DNA from: Gemmatimonadota bacterium
GTDB taxonomy: Bacteria; Gemmatimonadota; Gemmatimonadetes; Longimicrobiales; Gaopeijiaceae
Length of the DNA: 14,636 nucleotides
NCBI GenBank assembly: GCA_039589315.1
Contig: JBDHHQ010000099.1
Coordinates: 1 to 14,636, forward strand
Direction of reading: 5' to 3'
In this document: positions 1 through 7,566 of the stretch, in pieces
How positions within the stretch are numbered: the first letter of the stretch is position 1
Layout of the letters: each line of letters begins with the position of its first letter
Made by a program: the position numbers and the translations under genes
Notes under the pieces: generated by a model
Told to the model about the DNA's origin: nothing
Database searches by the model: none
Seen by the model: the letters and a program-made list of their open reading frames with translations, nothing else

Positions 1-2
1 TG

Positions 3-890
3 GCCGCCGTGAACAACATCGAGATCGCGCGGGACAGCCTGGGCGCGCTGACGGCCCGAGCCGAGCGGTACGTAGGCACGCTGGGTGGCGGCATGGACCA
101 GGCCGTTGCACTGGGCGCCGTGGAAGGCCACGCCTGCCGGGTCGACTTCGATCCGCTGGCGCTGACGCCCGTGCCCGTGCCGACAGACTGGCGTTTCGTG
201 GTCGCGTCGAGTCTCGTGCCGGCGGAGAAGTCGGGTGCGGCGCAGCAGGCGTACAATCTACGGACGGTGGAGTGTGGTGAGGCGCTGAAGGCCATCGGCG
301 CGGCGATGGGCTTCACCGCCACCCTGGTGTCCCATCCCGGCCCCGTGGACGCTACGGGGGAAAGCGGTGACTCTGCCGCCAGAGAGCCGGAAACCGGCCG
401 CACCTCGACCTCTTCGGCCGCGTCTTCCTCCCTGACCTACGAGGGCCTCTTGACACGGGCTCCCGTCGCCGAGCTGCTCGAGGCAGCCCACGCGGCTCTC
501 TCACCCACCCTGCTCCGACGCTTCCGCCATGTCGTCACCGAGGCGGAACGCGTGACGGCGGCCGAGGAGGCCATGCGTCGAGGCGACCTCGCCACGATGG
601 GCGGACTGATGAGCGCCTCCCACAGCAGCCTCCGCGACGACTACGAGGTGAGCAGCGCCGAGTTGGACCGACTCGTGGCGATCGCGGGAGACGCTGGCGC
701 CACGGGAGCGCGACTCACCGGAGCGGGGTTTGGAGGGTGCGTCGTGGCGCTGACAGATGCGCGCGGGGTCGACCACGTACTGGAGGATCTGGGAGCTCGT
801 TTCTTCCAGCCCGCCGGCTTCGGAAGAGCACAGGGAGAACACCTGTTCGTGGCCCAACCGTCCGGGGGGGCCTCGGTCGCGGCGCTTTGA
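3..890 (+). CDS. galK: Galactokinase / GalNAc-kinase-like GHMP sugar kinase, 5'-truncated by the window edge
   Basis: Frame is open to the window start. Motifs [51 protein letters not shown] and [16 protein letters not shown] are diagnostic of galactokinase C-terminal halves. The N-terminal GRVNLIGEH and GLSSSA motifs would lie upstream of the window. Confidence 0.9.
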   Translation, partial: AAVNNIEIARDSLGALTARAERYVGTLGGGMDQAVALGAVEGHACRVDFDPLALTPVPVPTDWRFVVASSLVPAEKSGAAQQAYNLRTVECGEALKAIGAAMGFTATLVSHPGPVDATGESGDSAAREPETGRTSTSSAASSSLTYEGLLTRAPVAELLEAAHAALSPTLLRRFRHVVTEAERVTAAEEAMRRGDLATMGGLMSASHSSLRDDYEVSSAELDRLVAIAGDAGATGARLTGAGFGGCVVALTDARGVDHVLEDLGARFFQPAGFGRAQGEHLFVAQPSGGASVAAL

Positions 891-985
891 CCGGCCGCGA
901 CGCCCCGGCGTCACCGCCCACGCCAGGAAGCCCGCGTCTCCGTCACGCCTGGCAGGTCTTCCGGCCACTTCATGCCCGCTCCGTA

Positions 986-1014
986 GGCCCCTCGGCGGCG
1001 CCGCCCTGAGGGCC
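986..1014. terminator. GC-rich imperfect hairpin between convergent galK and BP74-like genes (possible bidirectional terminator or REP-like element)
   Basis: GGCCCCTC-GGCGG-CG-CCGCC-CT-GAGGGCC. No U-tract. Preceded by GTAG at 983-986. Confidence 0.35.
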
Positions 1015-1031
1015 GTCCGGGTCGCCGACGA

Positions 1032-1469
1032 CTACCTGAAGTCCTCGACCCCCTCGAGAACCGCGCTCCAGGGACAATACTGGCCGACCACGTCGACCCA
1101 CTCGTCCACGTTCGCCTCGACGAAGGACGGGAGGGCAGAGCAGACCTCGATGGTGAGCTCGGCCATCTCCAGATCGGTGGGATCCATGTGCCAGCCGTAG
1201 GGAGCGTTGTGATCCCCGATTCCAGGTCCACGACGGAGTGTGCTATTGGGAATCGTCGCATCTCCGATCCCGGCCTGAAGCGCCAGGATATCGGAGATGG
1301 CAATCACATTGTCGGTCCAGACCCGAAAGGCCTCGCCCTCCACCGTGAACGTTGCGACGATGCCGCCGGCAAGCGGGTTGTCAGGATCGGTGGGGTCGTC
1401 GTCCCCGCCGCACGCCGCTACCGACAGGACCGCGAATACGATTGCGGTCAGGTGCGTTGCTTTGTTCAT
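1032..1469 (-). CDS. BP74-like secreted lipoprotein (145 aa)
   Basis: ATG at 1469 with GGAG just upstream. Signal peptide with lipobox (VAA-C) followed by a GGDDDPTDPD linker. The pattern N-x-PYGWHMDP...IEVC...P-x-FVE...YCPWS with two Cys matches my recollection of the BP74 N-terminal family (Streptomyces/Dictyostelium). Confidence 0.7.
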   Translation of the reverse strand: MNKATHLTAIVFAVLSVAACGGDDDPTDPDNPLAGGIVATFTVEGEAFRVWTDNVIAISDILALQAGIGDATIPNSTLRRGPGIGDHNAPYGWHMDPTDLEMAELTIEVCSALPSFVEANVDEWVDVVGQYCPWSAVLEGVEDFR

Positions 1470-1656
1470 GCCACTCCGTACCAGGGCATCCGGGGAAAGG
1501 ATCCCTGCCGGGGCCCCTCCGGGCACTTCGGTGACCGGAGCGCCCGTGCCCTACCACCAGGGACCTGGAGCCACCTGGGGGAGACACCGGCAACGGAGGG
1601 GAGCCGGCGCCGGGCCGGACCGGGCGACGCAGCGCACGCTGCTCGGAGCGGCCGCG

Positions 1657-1685
1657 TTGCCTGGGCCCCTGCCCCCGGCCAAGTT
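1657..1685 (+). promoter_or_regulatory. Possible sigma70 promoter for the Gfo/DUF1080 operon
   Basis: TTGCCT (1657-1662), 17-nt spacer, CAAGTT (1680-1685), about 40 nt before ATG 1727. The -10 match is weak. Confidence 0.3.
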
Positions 1686-1726
1686 GACCCCTCTCCCTCT
1701 TGCCACCGGACCCGAGGTCGATCGGC

Positions 1727-3100
1727 ATGCCTGAACCTCCGGAGAACCGTACTCCGTCCCGCCGCGAGTTCCTTCGACGCATGGCGGCCGGGTCCGCGCT
1801 GGCTGCCGGTGTCCCCCAGATCCTGTCCGCCTCGGAACGTGTTTCGGCACATCGCCTCCGCTCCCGGCGGCGCGTCTCCTGGAACGACCAGATCCAGGTC
1901 GCCGTCATCGGCGCGGGAGGGATGGGGATGATCGACGTGGGGACGGCGCTCACCGTTCCCGGAGTCCAACTCGTGGCGGCGTGCGACGTGTACGACGGCC
2001 GGCTGACGAGTGCCCGCGACGAGCACGGCGAGCAGGTGTTCACGTCGCGGGACTACCGCGAGGTCCTGGCCCGCGGCGACGTGGACGCCGTCATCCTCGC
2101 CACCCCTGACCACTGGCATCAGCGGATCTCCATCGACGCGCTCCGTGCCGGCAAGGCCGTGTACTGCGAGAAGCCCATGATCCACCGCATCGAGCAGGGC
2201 CTGGACCTGGTCCGCGCCCAACGGGAGACGGGGGTCACGTTCCAGGTCGGGAGCCAGGGCATGAGCTCTCTCGGGAACGAGAAGGCGCGGGAGCTATTTC
2301 AGGAGGGCGCCATCGGGCAGCTCAATTACGCGGAGGGGTTCTGGGCCCGGAACTCGCCCACGGGTGCCTGGCAGTACGCGATCCCCGAGGACGCCTCCGA
2401 GGAAACAGTGGACTGGGAGCGCTTTCTCGGCGACGCGCCTGAAAGGCCCTTCGATCCTCTCCGGATCTTCCGCTGGCGCAATTACCGGGACTACGGTACC
2501 GGGGTCTCCGGAGACCTGTTCGTCCACCTCTTTTCCAGCCTCCACTTCATCGTGAGCTCGACCGGCCCCGAGAAGATCCAGGCCACGGGCGGCCTGCGGT
2601 ACTGGAAGGACGGACGAGAGGTGCCCGACGTGCTCCTGGGCATGTTCGACTATCCGGGGACCGACGCGCACCCGCCGTTCAACCTGTCCCTCCGCGTGAA
2701 CTTCGTGGACGGTACCTCGGGCAGCACCTTCCTGCGCCTGGTCGGGAGCGAGGGAGCCATGGACGTCACGTGGACCGAGGTGATTCTCAGGAAGAACAAG
2801 GCCTCCGACCCCATGGATGCCTTCGCTCAGGCCAAGACCGACGAGTTCGATTCGGCCCTGGCGGAGCGCAAGCAGATGCTTCCGCCGGTGGAGAGCCGGT
2901 GGGTGGCGGAAGACGGGTACGAGGGCGCCCACTTCGACCACTTCCTGAGATTCTTCGAGGGGGTGCGAAACGGCACTCCGGTGCAGGAAGACGCCGTCTT
3001 CGGCCTGCGGGCCGCGGCCCCGGCCCTGGCCTGCAACGACAGCTACTTCGGGGAGCGGATCGTGCGCTGGGATCCGGAGGGCATGGAGGTGGTTGAGTGA
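1727..3100 (+). CDS. Tat-exported Gfo/Idh/MocA NAD-dependent oxidoreductase (putative glycoside 3-dehydrogenase / 3-keto-sugar reductase)
   Basis: ATG 1727 with upstream GAGG. Twin-arginine motif SRREFLR, Rossmann IGAGGMG, ATPDHWH, YCEKP, FQVGSQ, and WRNYRDYGTG..GDLFVH. Confidence 0.9.
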   Translation: MPEPPENRTPSRREFLRRMAAGSALAAGVPQILSASERVSAHRLRSRRRVSWNDQIQVAVIGAGGMGMIDVGTALTVPGVQLVAACDVYDGRLTSARDEHGEQVFTSRDYREVLARGDVDAVILATPDHWHQRISIDALRAGKAVYCEKPMIHRIEQGLDLVRAQRETGVTFQVGSQGMSSLGNEKARELFQEGAIGQLNYAEGFWARNSPTGAWQYAIPEDASEETVDWERFLGDAPERPFDPLRIFRWRNYRDYGTGVSGDLFVHLFSSLHFIVSSTGPEKIQATGGLRYWKDGREVPDVLLGMFDYPGTDAHPPFNLSLRVNFVDGTSGSTFLRLVGSEGAMDVTWTEVILRKNKASDPMDAFAQAKTDEFDSALAERKQMLPPVESRWVAEDGYEGAHFDHFLRFFEGVRNGTPVQEDAVFGLRAAAPALACNDSYFGERIVRWDPEGMEVVE

Positions 3101-3957
3101 TCTGCCGTCGCGGTCGGCACGGTCTTGCCCGACGAAGCGAGCAGGGCATCGCCCGCCCAGTGCCCGGAGCCCTTCTCCTGGTGGCGTTGCTGGCGGCCTG
3201 CGTGGACGGGGAGAGCTCGGAGTCCCCCGGGACCGACGCCGCTGATCGGGACGCCCGGGACCAGCCGGACGCTGCTCAGGAGTCAGCTGCCAACACCCTC
3301 ACCGACGCCGAGCGAGCGGAGGGCTGGCGGCTGCTCTTCGACGGCGTGTCCACCGACGGGTGGCGCGCCTACGCCGGAGACGCCTTCCCCGACACGGGCT
3401 GGGCGGTGCTCGACGGTGCGCTGGTGGTGGGAGCCACCGCCCAGAACCCCGACGTGCCCATCGGAGGCGACCTGGTCACGACCGAGGCGTTCGCGAGCTT
3501 CGACCTGCGCTTCGAGTTCAGGCTGTCACCTGTGGCCAACAGCGGCGTGTTCTACCTGGTCCGCGAAGCGGAGGGCCACGAGATCTGGCACAACGCACCG
3601 GAGTTCCAGGTCCTGGACGACGCGGCGTACCTGGCCATGGACGACCTGGACATGGACATGGAGAAGCACCTGACCGGCGACAACTACGACCTGCACGCCT
3701 CGACGGTCCAGGCGCTGCGGCCACTGGGAGAGTGGAACCAGGGGCGAGTCATGGTCGACGGCGACCGGGTGGAGCACTGGCTGAACGGACACAAGACGGT
3801 GGAGTACGAGCTTCGGTCGCAGGAGTGGGAAGCCCTGGTAGCGGCGAGCAAGTTCGCGCCGTACCCGGACTACGGGCGGGCGACGGCCGGCCCCATCGGA
3901 CTGCAGGACCACGGTAGGATGGTGTGGTACCGCAATATCAAGATCCGGCCGCTGTGA
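3097..3957 (+). CDS. DUF1080 / 3-keto-disaccharide hydrolase (lyase/hydratase) family lipoprotein
   Basis: GTGA overlap with the upstream stop (true start could be GTG 3160). Lipobox LLAA-C, acidic linker, NTLT..ERAEGWRLLFDG, ANSGVFY, PEFQVLDD, GEWN, VEHWLNG, IGLQDHG..VWYRNIKIRPL. Confidence 0.9.
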   Translation: MICRRGRHGLARRSEQGIARPVPGALLLVALLAACVDGESSESPGTDAADRDARDQPDAAQESAANTLTDAERAEGWRLLFDGVSTDGWRAYAGDAFPDTGWAVLDGALVVGATAQNPDVPIGGDLVTTEAFASFDLRFEFRLSPVANSGVFYLVREAEGHEIWHNAPEFQVLDDAAYLAMDDLDMDMEKHLTGDNYDLHASTVQALRPLGEWNQGRVMVDGDRVEHWLNGHKTVEYELRSQEWEALVAASKFAPYPDYGRATAGPIGLQDHGRMVWYRNIKIRPL

Positions 3958-4580
3958 GACACCTGGGCGCTGCTGGACGCGCGTCAGCGGTCGGTGCAGT
4001 CGCCCTCGCCTCCGCGGTTCTGGCCGCCGGGGCGGCCGGCCAGGAGACGGTTGCCCTGTTCAACGGCCAGGACCTCACCGGTTGGGTCGTCCACGGCACG
4101 GAGCTCTGGTACGTCGAGGACGGCGACCTGGTGTGCGAGAGCGGCCCGGACGCCGAGTACGGCTATCTCGCGACCGAGGAGACGTACCGGGACTTCGACC
4201 TGACCCTCGAGTTCAAGCAGGAGGCCGACGGCAACAGCGGCGTCTTCTTCCGTTCGAGCCTCGACGGCACGCGGATCTCGGGCTGGCAGGCCGAGGTGGC
4301 GCCTCCCGGCCTCCACAGCGGCGGGATCTACGAGTCGTACGGCCGAGGCTGGCTCGTTCAGCCGGATCCCGAGGCCGACTCTGCCCTGCGCATGGGGGAG
4401 TGGAACGAGATGCGCATTCGCGTGGTGGGGGACCGCGTCACCACCTGGCTCAACGGCGTGGAGATGATCGACCTCACCGACGAGCAGATCGGCGCCGCCG
4501 AAGGGGTGATCGCCCTCCAGATCCACGACGGCGGGGGCATCAGGGTCCGGTGGCGTAATCTCGTGGTGCGGAGGCTCTAG
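3954..4580 (+). CDS. Second DUF1080 / 3-keto-disaccharide hydrolase family protein, Sec signal peptide
   Basis: GTG 3954 overlaps the previous TGA. Ala-rich signal peptide, then LFNGQDLTGW, GNSGVFFR, GGIYESYGRGWL, GEWN, TWLNG, IALQIHDGG..VRWRNL. Confidence 0.9.
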   Translation: MRHLGAAGRASAVGAVALASAVLAAGAAGQETVALFNGQDLTGWVVHGTELWYVEDGDLVCESGPDAEYGYLATEETYRDFDLTLEFKQEADGNSGVFFRSSLDGTRISGWQAEVAPPGLHSGGIYESYGRGWLVQPDPEADSALRMGEWNEMRIRVVGDRVTTWLNGVEMIDLTDEQIGAAEGVIALQIHDGGGIRVRWRNLVVRRL

Positions 4581-4661
4581 GCACGCCCCTGGAGGCCTGG
4601 TCGCTGGCGCCGCCCACCGCTCCGGGTTCCCCGCCAGCCTGCTCCTGGGCCGGCGCACGGC

Positions 4662-4846
4662 CGAGCGGTCCAGGCCCACCCGGGTCACCGGTCGAGACCC
4701 GCCCCGGGCCAGCGGTCGAGGCCCACCCGGGTCAGCGGCCGAGGCCCACCCCGGTCAGCGGCCGAGGCCCACTCGGGTCACCGGCCGAGGCCCACCCCGG
4801 TCAGCGGTCGAGGCCCACTCGGGTCACCGGCCGAGCCCCACCCGGG
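4662..4846 (-). repeat. Tandem array of eight 23-bp units (one of 24 bp), each a diverged copy of the last 23 nt of the SSS gene including its stop codon
   Basis: Units on + start at 4662, 4685, 4709, 4732, 4755, 4778, 4801 and 4824. Minus-strand consensus cc-CGR-GTG-GGC-CTC-GRC-CGS-TGA. The last unit is the gene's own end (RVGLGR*). Confidence 0.95.
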
Positions 4847-6593
4847 GCAGCGTCTTGAACAGGCCGGCCACTGCGGCCGCGCACACGACCAGGCTCACCG
4901 CCGCGATCGCCCAGCTTCCGTAGAGCAGGTAGCCTGTCCCGAAGAGCGCGCCGTAGACGGCCACGCAGCCCAGGAACCAGGCGAGGAACGCGGCCGTCAG
5001 GCTCTCGCTCCCGTCGTGCGGACGCGTTACCACCGCCTTCTCCCACCCGTTCCCCAGCGGATGGATCAGGTCGTAGAACGCCTGGAGGGTGGAGCGGTCC
5101 GTGGGAGGCGTGAAGAACGTCACCGCCATCCAGCCCGCCGTCGTGATGGCCACGCCTACCACCAGAGACGTGGTGGCGGGCATGGGCTCGAAGCCCAGCG
5201 CCGTGTGCCCGAAGGTGAAGTAGATGGCTACGAGGAACGACACCACCATGGCCGAGATCTCCGACCATGCGTTGATGCGCCACCAGTACCACCGGAGCAG
5301 GAACACGAGCCCCGTCCCGGCGCCGATCTGGAGCAGGATCTGGAAGGCCTGGAAGGCGTTCTCCAGCCACAGTGCCACCAGCGACGACAGGACGATCAGC
5401 AGGACCGTGGTCAGCCGGGCGATGCGCACGTAGTGATGCTCGTCCCGGTCCCCGGCCACGAAACGCCGGTACACGTCGTCCACGACGTACGACGCGCCCC
5501 AGTTCAGGTGCGTGCTGATCGTGGACATGTACGCCGCCGCCAGGGACGCCACCACCAGGCCCAGCAGTCCGCTCGGCAGAAACACCAGCATGGCCGGATA
5601 GGCCAGGTCGTTGCGGATGATGGAGGGGTCGAGCCCCGGAAACGCGACCTGGATGGAGTCCAGCGTCGGATACACGATCAGCGAGCACAGGCCCACGATG
5701 ATCCACGGCCACGGGCGCAGGGCGTAGTGGGCCACGTTGAACAGAAGCGTGGCCTTCAGGGAGTCCTTCTCTTCGCGGGCCGACAGCATGCGCTGGGCCA
5801 CGTACCCGCCGCCCCCTGGTTCGGCGCCGGGGTACCAGGTGCTCCACCACTGCACGGCGATGGGAACGACGAATACCGCCGCCGCGGTGCTCCAGTCCGA
5901 GAAGTCGGGGAGTAACGCCAGGTTGTCCCGGACCACCGGGTTGGAGACCATGCCGCCCAGCCCCCCCACCTCGGGCAGCCTCAACGCGAACCATGCGGCG
6001 GCGATGGAGCCGACCATGGAGATCACGAACAACAGCAGGTCCGTCACCACCACGCCCCAGAGCCCCGAGGTGGCCGAGTAGAGCGCGGTAATGGTGCCGG
6101 CCACCAGGACCACGGTGTATTTGTCCACGCCCAACAGCACGCCGCCGATCTTGATGGCCGCCAAGGTCACCGACGCCATGATCATGACGTTGAAGAAGAC
6201 CCCCAGGTACACGGCCCGGAATCCCCGGAGAAAGGCGGCCGGCCGGCCGGAGTAGCGGAGCTCGTAGAACCCCATGTCCGTGAGCACCCCGGACCGCCGC
6301 CAGAGCCGTGCGTAGAAGAACACGGTGCACATGCCCGTGATCAGGAAGGCCCACCACACCCAGTTCTGGCTCACGCCGCCCGAGCGGACCAAGTCTGCCA
6401 CCAGATTGGGCGTGTCCGTGGAGAAGGTCGTGGCCACCATGGACGTGCCCAGGAGCCACCACGGCAGCGAGCGGCCTGCCAGGAAGTACTCCGTGGTGCC
6501 TCTCCCAGCCCGGCGGGCGAAGTAGAGCCCGGTGCCCAGGGCGAGCGCGCCGTAGAGGGCGACGACCCACCAGTCCAAGGAGGTCAGCTGCAT
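4824..6593 (-). CDS. Sodium:solute symporter (SSS family), probable sugar/glycoside importer
   Basis: Multi-TM hydrophobic protein with EYFLAGRSLPWW..GTSMVATTFSTDTP, WRRSGVLTD..FYELRY, GGGYVAQRMLSA, AAYMSTISTHLNWGASY and LRWYWWRINAWSE motifs. Confidence 0.93.
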   Translation of the reverse strand: MQLTSLDWWVVALYGALALGTGLYFARRAGRGTTEYFLAGRSLPWWLLGTSMVATTFSTDTPNLVADLVRSGGVSQNWVWWAFLITGMCTVFFYARLWRRSGVLTDMGFYELRYSGRPAAFLRGFRAVYLGVFFNVMIMASVTLAAIKIGGVLLGVDKYTVVLVAGTITALYSATSGLWGVVVTDLLLFVISMVGSIAAAWFALRLPEVGGLGGMVSNPVVRDNLALLPDFSDWSTAAAVFVVPIAVQWWSTWYPGAEPGGGGYVAQRMLSAREEKDSLKATLLFNVAHYALRPWPWIIVGLCSLIVYPTLDSIQVAFPGLDPSIIRNDLAYPAMLVFLPSGLLGLVVASLAAAYMSTISTHLNWGASYVVDDVYRRFVAGDRDEHHYVRIARLTTVLLIVLSSLVALWLENAFQAFQILLQIGAGTGLVFLLRWYWWRINAWSEISAMVVSFLVAIYFTFGHTALGFEPMPATTSLVVGVAITTAGWMAVTFFTPPTDRSTLQAFYDLIHPLGNGWEKAVVTRPHDGSESLTAAFLAWFLGCVAVYGALFGTGYLLYGSWAIAAVSLVVCAAAVAGLFKTLPRVGLGR

Positions 6594-6603
6594 CGGTGCT
6601 CGC

Positions 6604-7566
6604 TCACGGTCGAGGGGTGGCCGGGGGTGGAGTCGCCCGGGTGTGGGCGGCGAGGCTGTGGGGATACTCGCCCCGCTCCACTCTCGTCCTCAAGGCAGAC
6701 TCTACGGTCGGGCGGTCGGCGGCGTGGGTGATCCCGAAGGTCTCCGAGCCCGCAGGCAACACCTCGACGCGGGCCCGTCCCCTCCCGATTTCGTCGCCGA
6801 TGACGGCAGGGAGGTGGAGCTCGGCCACAGGATCGGCCTGACGGCGAGGGAGGAACGCCTCGTGCGCCGCTTCCAGCGCGGCGAAGACCCGTGGCGTGAA
6901 CGCCCAGAAGTTCATGGACACCGTCTCGTCCCCCGCAAGCTCCACCGACCGGCCGGCCGGGTCCACACCGCCGATACTCCCCTCCCCTCGGCGGACGTCC
7001 AGGACCTCCGTGATCGCGGTCAGCATCCCAGTCGGGTCCGTCTCGCAGACGGCCCGGGACACGCCCCCGGACGCGGACAGGGTCCGCTCCAACGGGTAGC
7101 CCACGATCGCGTAGTGGGCCGAGCCAGCGTCCACTCCCGCCAGAAACGCGGCAGCCACCTGGTAGGCGGTAACGCCGTAGAAGTCGTCCGCGTTGACGAC
7201 CGCGAAGGGACCGGCCACCCCGCCTCGGGCAGCGAGCACGGCATGAGCGGTGCCCAGCGGCTTGGTCGTTCCGGGCGCTGCGGACGTCGAACCAGCCTGA
7301 CCCGGCACCTCCTGGTACCCGTACGTCACGGGCAGCGCCGGCGGATAGCCATCGAAGTGCTCACGGAAGGCGACCTCCAGGTCCTCCCGGACCACCAGAA
7401 GCGCCTGGGAGAACCCGGCCCGGGCCGCGTCCACCATGGCGAAGTCCAGGAGGGCCTCCCCCGTTGGTCCCAGCGCCTCCAACTGCTTGAGCCCGCCATA
7501 GCGGCTCGACGCACCGGCCGCGAGCACGATCAACGTCGGGCCAGGGCCCGTCTGCGGCTGCGTCAA
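6604..7566 (-). CDS. Sugar-1-phosphate nucleotidyltransferase (NTP_transferase / GT-A fold)
   Basis: TTG start at 7566 overlapping the upstream TGA (TTGA), with GAGG upstream. LIVLAAGASSRYGGLKQLE, KPLGTAHAVLAA, PFAVVNADDFYG, TLSASGGVSRAVC, VSMNFWAFTP. Confidence 0.88.
   Translation of the reverse strand: MTQPQTGPGPTLIVLAAGASSRYGGLKQLEALGPTGEALLDFAMVDAARAGFSQALLVVREDLEVAFREHFDGYPPALPVTYGYQEVPGQAGSTSAAPGTTKPLGTAHAVLAARGGVAGPFAVVNADDFYGVTAYQVAAAFLAGVDAGSAHYAIVGYPLERTLSASGGVSRAVCETDPTGMLTAITEVLDVRRGEGSIGGVDPAGRSVELAGDETVSMNFWAFTPRVFAALEAAHEAFLPRRQADPVAELHLPAVIGDEIGRGRARVEVLPAGSETFGITHAADRPTVESALRTRVERGEYPHSLAAHTRATPPPATPRP

Noticed and set aside
4662..4846. CRISPR array interpretation of the 23-bp repeats
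   Set aside because: Units are head-to-tail with no spacers, derive from the SSS coding end, and no cas genes are present.
4801..6570. 589-aa alternative-frame ORF of the same length as the SSS gene
   Set aside because: Arg/Gly/Pro/His-rich shadow frame typical of high-GC DNA. Its stop comes from the first extra repeat unit, and the equal length is coincidence.
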